A stretch of 63,656 nucleotides of DNA, counting the filler, from Collodictyon triciliatum (taxonomy: Eukaryota): NCBI GenBank assembly GCA_043381765.1. It is 8 parts of 8 records of this genome, joined end to end, with 100 filler letters (N's around TTAATTAATTAA, not from the genome) between each part and the next. Parts side by side here need not be neighbours in the genome. Positions count along the whole stretch, not along the records: positions 47,828 to 55,690 come from JBHJMP010003705.1; positions 55,791 to 63,656 come from JBHJMP010003706.1; 6 more parts are not named here. One strand, given 5' to 3'. Below the pieces are notes generated by a model. The model was not told the DNA's origin and ran no database searches. It worked only from the letters and a program-made list of their open reading frames with translations. The translations under genes and the position numbers were made by a program. This document shows positions 52,946 through 63,656 of this stretch, piece after piece. Numbering within the stretch: position 1 is the first letter of the stretch; each line of letters opens with the position of its first letter.

Positions 52946-55430
52946 TCACGGGCCAAGCTCGCAGTAGACCCAATAGCGGGCCTCTGTCCACAAGTCGCTC
53001 TGACCCTCTTCCGTGCCGGGTTCGTTGTACTCGGGGCGGATCTGGTGGGGTTGGGCAAACAAGTCAGAATGCAAGGCGAGGTTCAGGAGACACAGGTAGC
53101 AGGCGCCCTTGCCTCGATATGCAGCGTCGACTTGTGTGCAGTGTACTTGGGAGGAATCCATATCTCATCATCAGCGAGAGGAAACTTTGTGGCTCGTCGC
53201 ACAGTTTGCCTGCAAAGGTAGACACCGTAGCAGTGAGAAAATGGCATCAGCAGTATTCAAATCTTGGAAAGTCATACCAGATTCTGACTTGCGTTCCGTC
53301 AACATACACATTTGCCTTCTGGTTTTGGTAGGACAAATCCAATTGCCTGTGTCGAGTGAACGGCGTTTCATAAGTATATGTAATGAGGTGTTAAACATTC
53401 AATTGGGGGTTGGTAAATTTCGTTATTCGCTGATGGCGTGCAGAATCTCGTGGCTGAGAGTGATAGCATTACCTGCGAAGCAACACACCCGTATTATTGG
53501 ATGAAATAGTCACCATAAATGAGATTGTTCCGCTCTTATAGTGACGGAAATTTACTTTCTATAATATTTTCAACAGAAAATAGTTACTCAAATAATCAGA
53601 TGGCTTTGGTAGCTCGTTCTTTTTCTTTTACTTCAAAACGGTTGTAACCATAACCATATGGATTTAAACAACAAATGGTCGGTAGTTTTCCTGCCCTCAA
53701 ATAAAACATTCATTTACAAAGCGCCGAGATGCCAATTGCATTTCTCACTTGTTTTTCTTGGTAGGGTGGCTCATATTTGGTTCTTTTGAAGATTATGCTG
53801 GCGCTTTCCTTGTCTCCCATATATTGGTAAGAATGAGCCAGAACTGAAGCGTCATCTGTGAGATCAATCTCGTCTGTTTTCAGTATGGTGGGTTTCAGTC
53901 CGGTATACAGGAAAGAGACGGATGTGTAGTTTGCGATTGGGGACGAAAACATTCCTGGTCCATGTTCAAGCAAGTATCTGAGATGAGGGATTACCATTAC
54001 CATTATTATTGATAAAAACTATACCATACTGTGTTAAATGATGAATACACAGTTTATTCACACCATAGGGCTGAATAAGAAGTCAAACAAGACTGTGAAT
54101 TAGCATCAATTTGTAGTTTACGCCATACATACCTTATGTCGTCGTGGAAGGGGATATAATCGAGAAGCATCATCCGGTAGCAACTTGCATAGTAGTGTTT
54201 GTCACTCTGTATGCACGATGGGTATAAATTTTTTTTTTCATCAAATCGAAATTCAGACAAAAAAGGAACCATAGTTTCATCCAAAATGGCAAATACATGC
54301 ATGACATGTAGATTTTCATATATTCGAAAATTTTCCTAAAGAGCCCAGGCAATCACAAATCAATTTATGCGTACATCAAAAAAAAAAAAAAAACTGTTAC
54401 ATAAAATATAAGTTTAGGAATTCCGTGGAATGGGAACGAAATGTTATGCAAGTCTAAGAAGAAATGTGCTATATTATAGAAATCCTCGGTGCCTGTGCCC
54501 GGTAGCTATATAGCATATAATGATGAAAAACGTCCGTAAATAAATATGTTTAATTAAAAATAGGCGGTTATAAGAATATTTGAATAGACTATCCATATGC
54601 TCGATGAATGTGATTCAACTTGTTTTGAGATGTACCTGTGGACTATGTGCCCCGTCAATGAAAGTGGAGTCATTTCCTTCATAAGGCTGGCCACCGCCTT
54701 TCTAAACAAATATATTGCAGAATTATAGAACGCTAAATATTCGGCAAATTTACAAACTCAACCAATAGTATCCGTATTAAAACTAACGACTTGGTCCGGG
54801 GTGCGAGACATAAAGAGGAAATTGCCCACAAAATGCCCCCATCGACCTTTCATTTGTAGCACAGAGTAAAACTCCCACTCTTTTAACGGTCTTGCTTTGT
54901 TAACCTATGACATGTTTGGGTTGTAGTGTAAACATTTGCTTCGTTCTTTTGCATCATCTTGATGAGGAGGTTTTCTGATGACATTTTACAGGTTGCACGA
55001 AATACCGTCGTCAAAACATACTTTCCGATATGCTTTGGGAGTTTTGTAGAGAAATTGGATCTACCTGTGCAGTAAAATAGCCTGTCTCTCTTTCAGGATA
55101 GACAGAATTGGTGATGTGAACTTTGGCCGAGTAGGAAGGCAAACTGTTGTCCGCCACGAATTCTGGTACAACAAGCCGTATATTGAATCCTCTCCAGAAA
55201 GGCATGGGGAACAGAATGTATCCTCCACAATTGTGTCGAAATCCTTGTAACACGATGTTGATTTTGAAATAAGTAATTACTTGGAGTTTTCTTGAGTATG
55301 AACAACTCTAGTTTCTTCATATTCATGAAAAATGAAAATTTAAGGGCTTTTGTACGTACCCACAGAAATACTGTTAGCTTCATAGTCTCCATTTTCGGTT
55401 CCAAAAAATACATCAAACGGTGCTTTTATC
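52946..55430 (-). CDS. DUF2961 / glycoside hydrolase family 172-like protein, multi-exon, 5' truncated
   Basis: Exons give APFDVFFG, FPMPF, GRWGHFVG, YEGNDSTFIDG, GTGTEDFYN, YRMMLLDYIPF, LEHGP..NYTSVSFLY, YQNQKANVYVDG, DDEIWIPPKYT and WTEARYWVYC. Confidence 0.8.
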
Positions 55431-55790
55431 TAAGAGCATGATAAAATATACTTTCTAAATTATTAGAGCATAAAGCAAAGTTCCTAGTATTATTATTTTT
55501 TTTTGAAGAAAAAGGTCGAATTTACAAGATATACACGTTGACGCGTGGAGGAAAGCGTCTGTATTATTTGGTTTTATTTTTTAAAAGGTACCACATATTC
55601 GGATGTAATATTTCACCTTTATTTCACTCATTCCATCAAAAATAATCTAAAGCGAAATTTTATTTCAGTTTAAACTATACATATTTATAANNNNNNNNNN
55701 NNNNNNNNNNNNNNNNNNNNNNNNNNNNNNNNNNTTAATTAATTAANNNNNNNNNNNNNNNNNNNNNNNNNNNNNNNNNNNNNNNNNNNN

Positions 55791-56094
55791 GTTGCAGCAC
55801 AAGCAAGGACAATGTGTTATAGACCATGCCCAGCGACCAGAGCGGCACAAAGACGGCAGGCACAAAGATGCGTGGATGCACGAGAATGGCGAGCCAGTAG
55901 GCCATCATCACGGGGATTGAACACACTCCGGCCCAACGCAGTCTCGGCAGGATTCTGCGCACAAGCCAATCGCTGCCCCGCTCGCCAAGCAGAAGTGCCG
56001 CAATCGTCCGTCGATAGTCCACGCGGTACACGCAGTTTTCCCCGATGTAGGCCACGAGTCGCCCGGCAAAGTCACGCTCTTCTATTTCGATCAT
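55791..56094 (-). CDS. Hypothetical membrane protein, 3' truncated
   Basis: ATG-initiated ORF with hydrophobic segments running into the linker. Confidence 0.4.
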
Positions 56095-56804
56095 CCTTTT
56101 GCGCGCTCTGCAGTTTTGAGTGGTTTGATGAAAAGGTGGTGATGGATAATGAGGGTAGTGATGAATCCGTCTTGGAGCGGGTGGGCTGAGGCAGGGAGTT
56201 TGTTGTGTGGCTTTGGGTTCGAGCGAGTGGGCAACATTGAAGGGAATGGAGTTGCCTTGGGCGATGTGTGGTCGGGTATTGGCTTTGAGCGTGTGGGTCG
56301 AAAGCGCGCTGAAGTTTGGGTGAGTTGAGGTATTTTTTTATTTCTTGTTTTATTGTTCTTGTTGTTCTTGTTGTTCTTGTTGTTCTTGTTCTTGGGAATG
56401 ACAAGGAAGAAAAAGAAGTGAGAATGCCAAGTTTCTGTTTGTTCTGTTATGTGCTTGGTTCCTGGCGCAGTTTGGAATCGCGCCATTTCCCCTTCCTGAT
56501 GCGGGTGGTTTTCTTTTAATTGCAACGAACAGATGAGCAACACTTTGAACGCGTGCAGCTGCCGCACTTGGGCTGCAAGATTTGTATCAGATGTTAAATT
56601 AATTAATTATACAAATTAATATATATATTTTCCATATTTTAATAATATTATGGATTATTGAGGTGCATATCTAAAATATAATGTTGTTGATATAAATTCC
56701 AAAAATAGACAATATTTAATATTCCCTCTTTTGAAGCTCCTCGAACCGTGTTTGTCATGATTTATTTTGTGTGTTGTTTATTCATCTGCTCGATGTATCG
56801 GTGC

Positions 56805-57889
56805 TCACTTTGTCTTTGGCGGAGCGGGTCCTGCCATGCTGGATTGCATAACCATGATCTATGCAGATGAAATAATTATGGACACGAATTCGGTGCAGCA
56901 GGCCAACGAAACAAAACTATATTGATACCCTCTGCAACGCACAGTATGAGAGGGAAACGTGTCGAATAAATAAAATATATAAATGGAAGCAGACCTTCTC
57001 CCTCTTTTCCTTCTGCTTCTTTTCCAGTTGGCTTCGAGTTTCTTCCACGCGCTTCCTGTGACACAAAGAAAGTTAGCCGATTTCGACCAATAAAAATGAA
57101 TTAATTGAATCTGCAAGAAAACGGCTGGAGATTCGCTGGAGTATCGGGCATAAACCATTAGAAAAAAGAAAAAAAAAGAGGGGTTGATAAGTGAAACAGA
57201 CATCTCCTTCTTGATAAAGTCGATGCGTTTTTGGACATTCCCCTTCGCCTCAGAGGCCTCTTGCTTCACAAGAACAGGACCAATCAACTTGTACACACTC
57301 GCACTGCCGCTCAGAAGTTCAAGTTCCTGGTTAAGATGTCGTGGACAAATATAGTTTTCTAGGGTCACATCATTGATTTATAATCATTCAAGACGTCTGA
57401 AAGCCAAAAATACATGAAAATAAAAGAATTTAGGTGGAGTGACGAAGGGCCGATATCAACACCACACATGACAAGGAGCAGGGGGGAACAACCTTTTTGA
57501 CCATTTCATTTTCGTTCAATTGAGACATATATTGACTCTCGGATGTCGTCAGTTTTGACAAATCTGCAAAATATTAATAATTATAATAGAAGTTCGTCTT
57601 GTGGCTCATCAAGGGGATTTGGTCCACACACAACCAGACAAAGAAAAGAAAAAGAGGGAAAGAAATAAAAAAGAAAAAAAGAAAAAGAAAAGGAAAAAAG
57701 AAAAAGAAAAAGAAAAAGAAAAAGAAAAAGAAAAAGAAAAAGAAAAAGAAAAAGAAAAAGAAAAAGAAAAAGAAAGGAAAAGGAAAAAAGAAAAAGAAAA
57801 AGAAAAAGAAAAAGAAAAAGAAAAAGACCGAGTGCGATCTGTCGGAACTCTTGAATCTCTCTTTCGAGCACTTGCTTCTCAACTGCCAT
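56805..57889 (-). CDS. PFDN6: Prefoldin subunit 6, 5 exons
   Basis: SQLNENEMVKKELELL...VYKLIGPVLVKQE..EAKGNVQKRIDFIKKE. Confidence 0.95.
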
Positions 57890-58039
57890 ATGCGCCTTGC
57901 GGGGGTTCTGGGCTGGATTATATGTTAAAGTCATAGGAAAGAGTGCTTGATATGGACATGAGAATGAATCGCTTTAAGTCATCGCAGACAACTTTACTCT
58001 CTTTTTTGGGCTTAATACGCAAGAGGCCTCTTCGACTCG

Positions 58040-58410
58040 TAAAAAAAAAAAAAAAGAGAAAAAAGAGAAAAAGAGAAAAAGAGAAAAAGAGAAAAAAGAG
58101 AAAAAGAGAAAAAGAGAAAAAGGAAAAAAGAGAAAAAGAGAAAAAAGAGAAAAAAGAGAAAAAAGAGAAAAAAGAGAAAAAAGAGAAAAAAGAGAAAAAA
58201 GAGAAAAAAGAGAAAAAAGAGAAAAAAAAGAGAAAAAGAGAAAAAGAGAAAAAAGAGAAAAAAAGAGAAAAAAAAAGAGAAAAAAGAGAAAAAGAGAAAA
58301 AAGAGAAAAAAGAGAAAAAAGAGAAAAAAGAGAAAAAAGAGAAAAAAGAGAAAAAAGAGAAAAAAGAGAAAAAAAGAGAAAAAAGAGAAAAAAGAGAAAA
58401 AGGAAAAGAG
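58040..58410. repeat. Polypurine (GAGAAAAAA)n-type repeat
   Basis: Direct inspection. Confidence 0.9.
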
Positions 58411-58707
58411 AAATACTGCAGACAACCAGGGTAACTGCATATATTACGGCAGCAATTCAACCATGCCAAGCGATTCGTGATACACTTATTAACAGGAACG
58501 GCTTTCCGCCTCGATTCCTCCTCGGTGCGGCCACCAAGCGTCGATCTCGCCGTCTGATGGACAAAGACACAGACACCTTGGCTTTTGATCATAATATAAA
58601 TGCATCACAAATCACAAATTACGAATGACAATTCACAAATCACAAATCACAAATCACAAAGTGCGCCCAGTGACTCCGATTGTGGAGGTTTATGGATTGC
58701 GGTGCGC

Positions 58708-60282
58708 TCAGTAGTTTTTCTGGGGGATGCTTGGCTTCCACTTGATGGGGTGGGAGTCCGGGGTCTGGGAATTGATGAGAGAAGCGAAAAGAGGACGATT
58801 AGAGGCGGTTTCCTGAGGAGCTGAGCAACCAAAAGTCTCAAGCGCGTTTACTGAGTGTCTTTTCAAAGGGGGACTTACAGCGCTGGTGTCTTCCTTCCTG
58901 GAGTAGAGGATGGCAACGATGATAATGGACGAATCAGTAGGGTTGTTTATGTGATGCGTGTGTGTTAAATACCGAGAGAAAATCTTTACTTTTCTTGATG
59001 CTCACAGAAGAGGATTCAGAGATAGTAATATTTTTTTAATGGCATGGATACAGGCTCTTACCAAATCTTGATGGACTTGTCTCCTTCTCCAGTGATTAAC
59101 CGTGAGCCACTGCGGTCGAATGTCGAACAAAAGATTCCCGCCTCGCTGTCGAGAGAGCCCGGCTAAATGAGAAGCAGGGACGACATGATATTTAACAAAT
59201 CTCACGTCTTTACAGGGTTTGATTAAAATATAGAGTACTAATTTGATATGATACTAATTATTTCGTTTTTTTTCTTATAATTTTGGTAATATTTGGTGTA
59301 AAGTTTGTTTGTTTGTTTCTGCTATGGTTTTGTTGCTCTTTTTTTTTTTAATACGCGGTTAGAGAATAACGAGAAACTTGCCTGGGGAATGGCTTGTGTA
59401 TCCTGATACTTGTAACCACTCTTCCAATCCCAAAATGCCATACTTCCGTTGTCGCCTATGATTTTACACAATATATGATTTAAAACTACCGTTTCTAAAT
59501 TCATTCGCGTCATTGCGCAGTACATATGCTGGTAATTGTCTGCATGATTCAACATATACAAATTCAATTATATTGAGAAACCCAGAACAAAGAGCATGTT
59601 TTCTAATACATACACAAGACAGTTGAGGATGCTATGAGTTTGCTATACCTCCCGTGAATAGAACACCATCTTGGTTCACTGCCATAGAGTTGATGATGGC
59701 GTTGTGTCCGATCAGATTGCTCATGAACTTGCCCTCTGGGAACTAGTTGGTAGCTAATTATGAGCGAAGCTTCAAACGGATATATAAGAGCGAGAGAGTA
59801 CAGTGATGCATGCTACATTTAAAACAAAAAAATACTCAAATGGATACCTTCCATTTCTTGACATTATCAGGAGACGCTGAGGCGAATGTGTATCTACAAG
59901 CAATCGAAATAGTAATGGAATCAGTATAATAGTCAACTGAATCCAGAATATTATATGGTGCTTTCACTAGTATGTCCGTCTGTTGTTAAAAAAAAATATA
60001 GGTATAATAACACTGACTCGTTAGGATGTAGAACTACGCTACGTACGGATTTCTTGTGATTAGTAAGAACGGTCTTTGGAAATATAAGTAAAATGGTAAG
60101 TAAAAGAAATATTCATACTTTGATTTTAGATTCAGATGGGGGTGTATTCGCTTTATAGAAATAGAGAAACAATAAATTTAACATATTAGAAGTACCATGG
60201 CCTTTCCAGCAGCCAAATCCCAAAGTCGAACAGTGGAATCCATAGAGCCCGAAACAACCTGGTGTAATGGTCATTTAAATCT

Positions 60283-60334
<52 letters not shown>

Positions 60335-62933
60335 AAAGTAAAAAAAAAAATAAAAAAATAAAAAAAAAAAAAAAAAAAAAAAAAAGAAAGAAAGAAGGTA
60401 TGATGAAATATATAAAGAGGTGTTTGTTGAATAACCAAACACTATCTCTTACTTGTGGGTCTGTTGCTTGGGATTTAACACTCGCAACAGTGTTCTGGTG
60501 CCCACCCAACACATGTATTTGAGTTTTTGTTCGAATATCCCAAACCTACAGCAAGAGAACAAGAAAAGAAAAAAACAAATGAAATAGCACATGGAGGTAA
60601 AAAAAAATATTATAATTGAATATTTGAATAATTATGGTAGAAAAAATTAAGCTTTTTTTTTAATCTTCCTATCAGTCTGTGAAAGAAAAAAAGAAAGTAG
60701 AATCTAATTGTCGTTCGTGCAAATACTTACACGGACAACAGAATCTCTTCCTCCAGTAAAGAGGATATCAAGAGTAGGGTGTATGTCAAGACAGTAAACC
60801 CCACTTAAATGACCGTGGTAATGCCTAGTGCAGTATTTTTTATGATTGAAACTGATTATTGCGGAAAAGTAATCGTTATCAAGCCCATTATCAACACAAA
60901 ATTTCAGAAATGCACAGACAGGCATCAAAATAGAATAAACCTGACAACTTTATTCTGTTCTAAATCCCAGCATTTGACTTGCTTGTCTTCTCCACTAGTA
61001 TTAGTAAGGTGCTTAGAGCATTCAGTCGCGAATAAACCTTAAAACTATACAAATACTGGATATGTATTCTTTATGCGTTTTTAAGCTTGCGCGTCACCCA
61101 GGAACGACGATGTAACAAAAACGAATCAGTTGTATCATTCAAAAAAAAGCATTTGCAGAATCTGTCGAATGCGATAAGCCACTTACGCAGAGAAGAGATA
61201 AGGGTGGCGGTCAGAAACACCGAGTCCTCTAACCGGGCTGATATGTCCAGTGAGTGTAAGCTTCAGCGTGCCAGAAGCTAGGTCCCAAATCTAAATGAAA
61301 ATATGTTTGAATGGTATACCCAATTAATGTAGGCATCGTCGAAAGGCACGTGGAATGAATTGGTTACATATGTTGATTTGGACCTTGATAGTTCTGTCTG
61401 CAGACCCAGTGGCAAACCAATCATTTGTCGGGTCGACGGTTACAGACCTAACCCAGCCAAGATGCCCGGATAAAACCTAATTAAATAAGTTTTTTTTTAA
61501 ACAAATGAGCCGAATAATTCCTCATAACTGAAATTTTATGAAATATTAAGGAAGTTCCACTCATCGTTCTTAAGATAAGAGATATGGTTTAGTAAATCCA
61601 CTAATTTTGCCATATGGATACAGCGATACTAAATAAATGGAAAGAAAGAAAAAAATCCGCATATACAGAGGGTGCTGATAAGTAAAACTAGCATACCCTC
61701 ATAAGTTTCCACGGATAGTGCCACTCAGGTTTCTCGATGTCGATGACTGGCTTTCTGATAAGTGCCCCAGACGTGTGGCCATCAGCACCCTTTCATGAGA
61801 CATAGTTTGAGAAATTTCATTACTTAATTAGACTACGTGATCGATATTGACTAAATTTTGACATTAAACATAAATCCCACAGGTCAAGATAGAAGAAATA
61901 TTACATAGGACCCTGGAGGTTTCCTATACTCAATCAGCCCATGTGCTATCTTGCTTTGCTCTATTCTATCGTATGGAACAGACTTCAGCTTTATCATTTG
62001 TGATAAAAATATTCCAAAAAAAAACACTTCCATAAAGGCTTGGGCCAAACTTACTGAGATGCGGGCTTTGGTAGGGACTGAAGAACTTGCTCAAATGATG
62101 TTTCGGATGGAGGTACTACAGAGGCAGCTGTTTCATCACGCAACTTCGTTCCTAATTTACATTAAATGACTGTATTACGCTTTTTTCTCTTAAAAAAAAG
62201 TATTATATAAGCGAATCAGGTACTCTTGTTTGCTGGCAGGGTATCAAGCTGTAATTGTAAATAAATGAAGTCAAATGAACCTGGGGTTGCAGGATATGGA
62301 TGTGGACCAGCAAATGTGACAACATCTTTTTCGTCGTGATGGGGTGTATGCGTGGTAGGTGTAGGGTTTACAGGAGCAGGAGCGACAAACGAACTTTTTT
62401 TAAGATTTGTTTAGACTGTGATGATAACATTACCATAGTACAAAGCATGACACATACACGCAAAAAAAAAAAAAAAGATAAAGAAAGAAAGAAAGAAAAA
62501 TGCATTATGACAAGCACACACGTTGTGTTTGTGTGGGCAGGTGCCGCAGCAGGTGGCGCCATGTCCTTCACAGACTCGTATTCCAGCTGAATCTTGACGG
62601 CTAGTTTCATTCTCTGGCTGTAAATTGGCCCACAGTGGGTGCGTATGAGAGCAGGTGAGGAAGGCCAAAGGGATCAAGGAGCGAGAGAACATGGATATTG
62701 ATGCAGAGCAAAGAGAACAAAGCACCTTGAGAGAAGAAATACTGTTCCCATCATAATGAAACGAAAAGGTACCTGTCCACGTCATCCTCCACACGAAGAA
62801 AATAGTTGCTCAAAAACATGTCGCGGGAGCGCTTCAGCAGTTTGAGACACTGCGTGTTGACGGAAGAGACGCCGTTGGGCGCAGCGGCAGAGACTGTGGT
62901 TGTGATTGCGGTCGCTGCAGCTGCATCTTCCAT
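58708..62933 (-). CDS. PLRG1: Spliceosomal WD40 protein PLRG1/Prp46
   Basis: [71 protein letters not shown]...[11 protein letters not shown]. Highly intron-split, including a 19-nt micro-exon. Confidence 0.97.
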
Positions 62934-63656
62934 TTTGCGCTGTTCTGTTGGCCTAAGCTTGTTCTGTCGTCCGGAGTTCAGGAGGTTGTGAGTTTGCGAT
63001 GTGGCCAGCAGGCAAGGGATTTCCCGACGAATGGCAACAAGAAGGCCAGGTTGTGATTGATCAGAGCGATCATGATTCGTTGTCGATGATCCAATTACGG
63101 AATATATTTATTTATATTAATTATACTGACTAGTATACATTTTTATAAGCTATCTGTATATATACTGCATATAATTATTATTATTATATTTTAAGCAATA
63201 TACACAAACAAGGCTAATGCGAATACAAACCTGTTGTTCTTTTCTCCACCTTTGGACAAACGGATTGAAATCTCCCAATCTTTTTTTTTCTCCTTCGATA
63301 GACATACAAGATTGGCGAGTGGACATCCCAGTTGGGTTCCTTCACCCTCCCCTTTTTTTTCTTTGCCTCCATTTCGTTCGGCCGGCTCGCTTGAGTGCAT
63401 CAAACACGTCACGAGTCAGCAAAGCCCTGTTTGTCCATTGGTCGAGGCGTTCGGAACAAACTCGTTTAACGTACAAACAACAACGGCGTTGAGTGGCAAG
63501 TGGATGAATAACTGTGCAAGGCTCATGCTTGTGCATTGTCCTCTGCTTTATATATGCGGGCGCTCTTTGATCGAACAAAGGGCTTAATAATAGTCAAAGT
63601 CGTTTTCAGCGTGGGTGGGAATCCAAGCCCTAATAGCGTTGTGATGCAGGAGAACT

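Noticed and set aside
57574-58592. Poly-Phe and Lys/Glu-rich ORFs
   Set aside because: Translations of polypurine simple repeats in an intron and intergenic DNA.

Overview
Eukaryotic (protist-like) draft-genome DNA. It consists of eight unrelated ~7.87 kb scaffolds joined by 100-nt artificial linkers (N44-TTAATTAATTAA-N44), so adjacency across linkers has no biological meaning. Genes mostly have short GT-AG introns and use the standard code. I spliced them by eye, so exon boundaries are approximate. Recognisable genes: a 7TM + TKL kinase fusion, PP2A B'' subunit, a TKL kinase with exon-encoded ~80-aa repeats, RasGAP, VPS26, RPL9, Rab32/38, SEC31 (5' exon), an NDRG-like hydrolase, RsmH/METTL15, an IPUT1-like GT8, an NHL-repeat protein, domains III-IV of a four-domain cation channel, a CD36/LIMP-2 family protein, a DUF2961/GH172-like protein, PFDN6 and PLRG1. 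There are also two L1/Tx1-like retroelement relics and many microsatellites. Most interesting: the 7TM-receptor-kinase fusion with DLE replacing DFG, the exon-modular repeat kinase, a possible ORF1-only (HAL1-like) element, an intron-rich bacterial-type DUF2961 gene, and a channel with E(III)/D(IV) filter residues. No searches were run; family calls rest on motif recognition.
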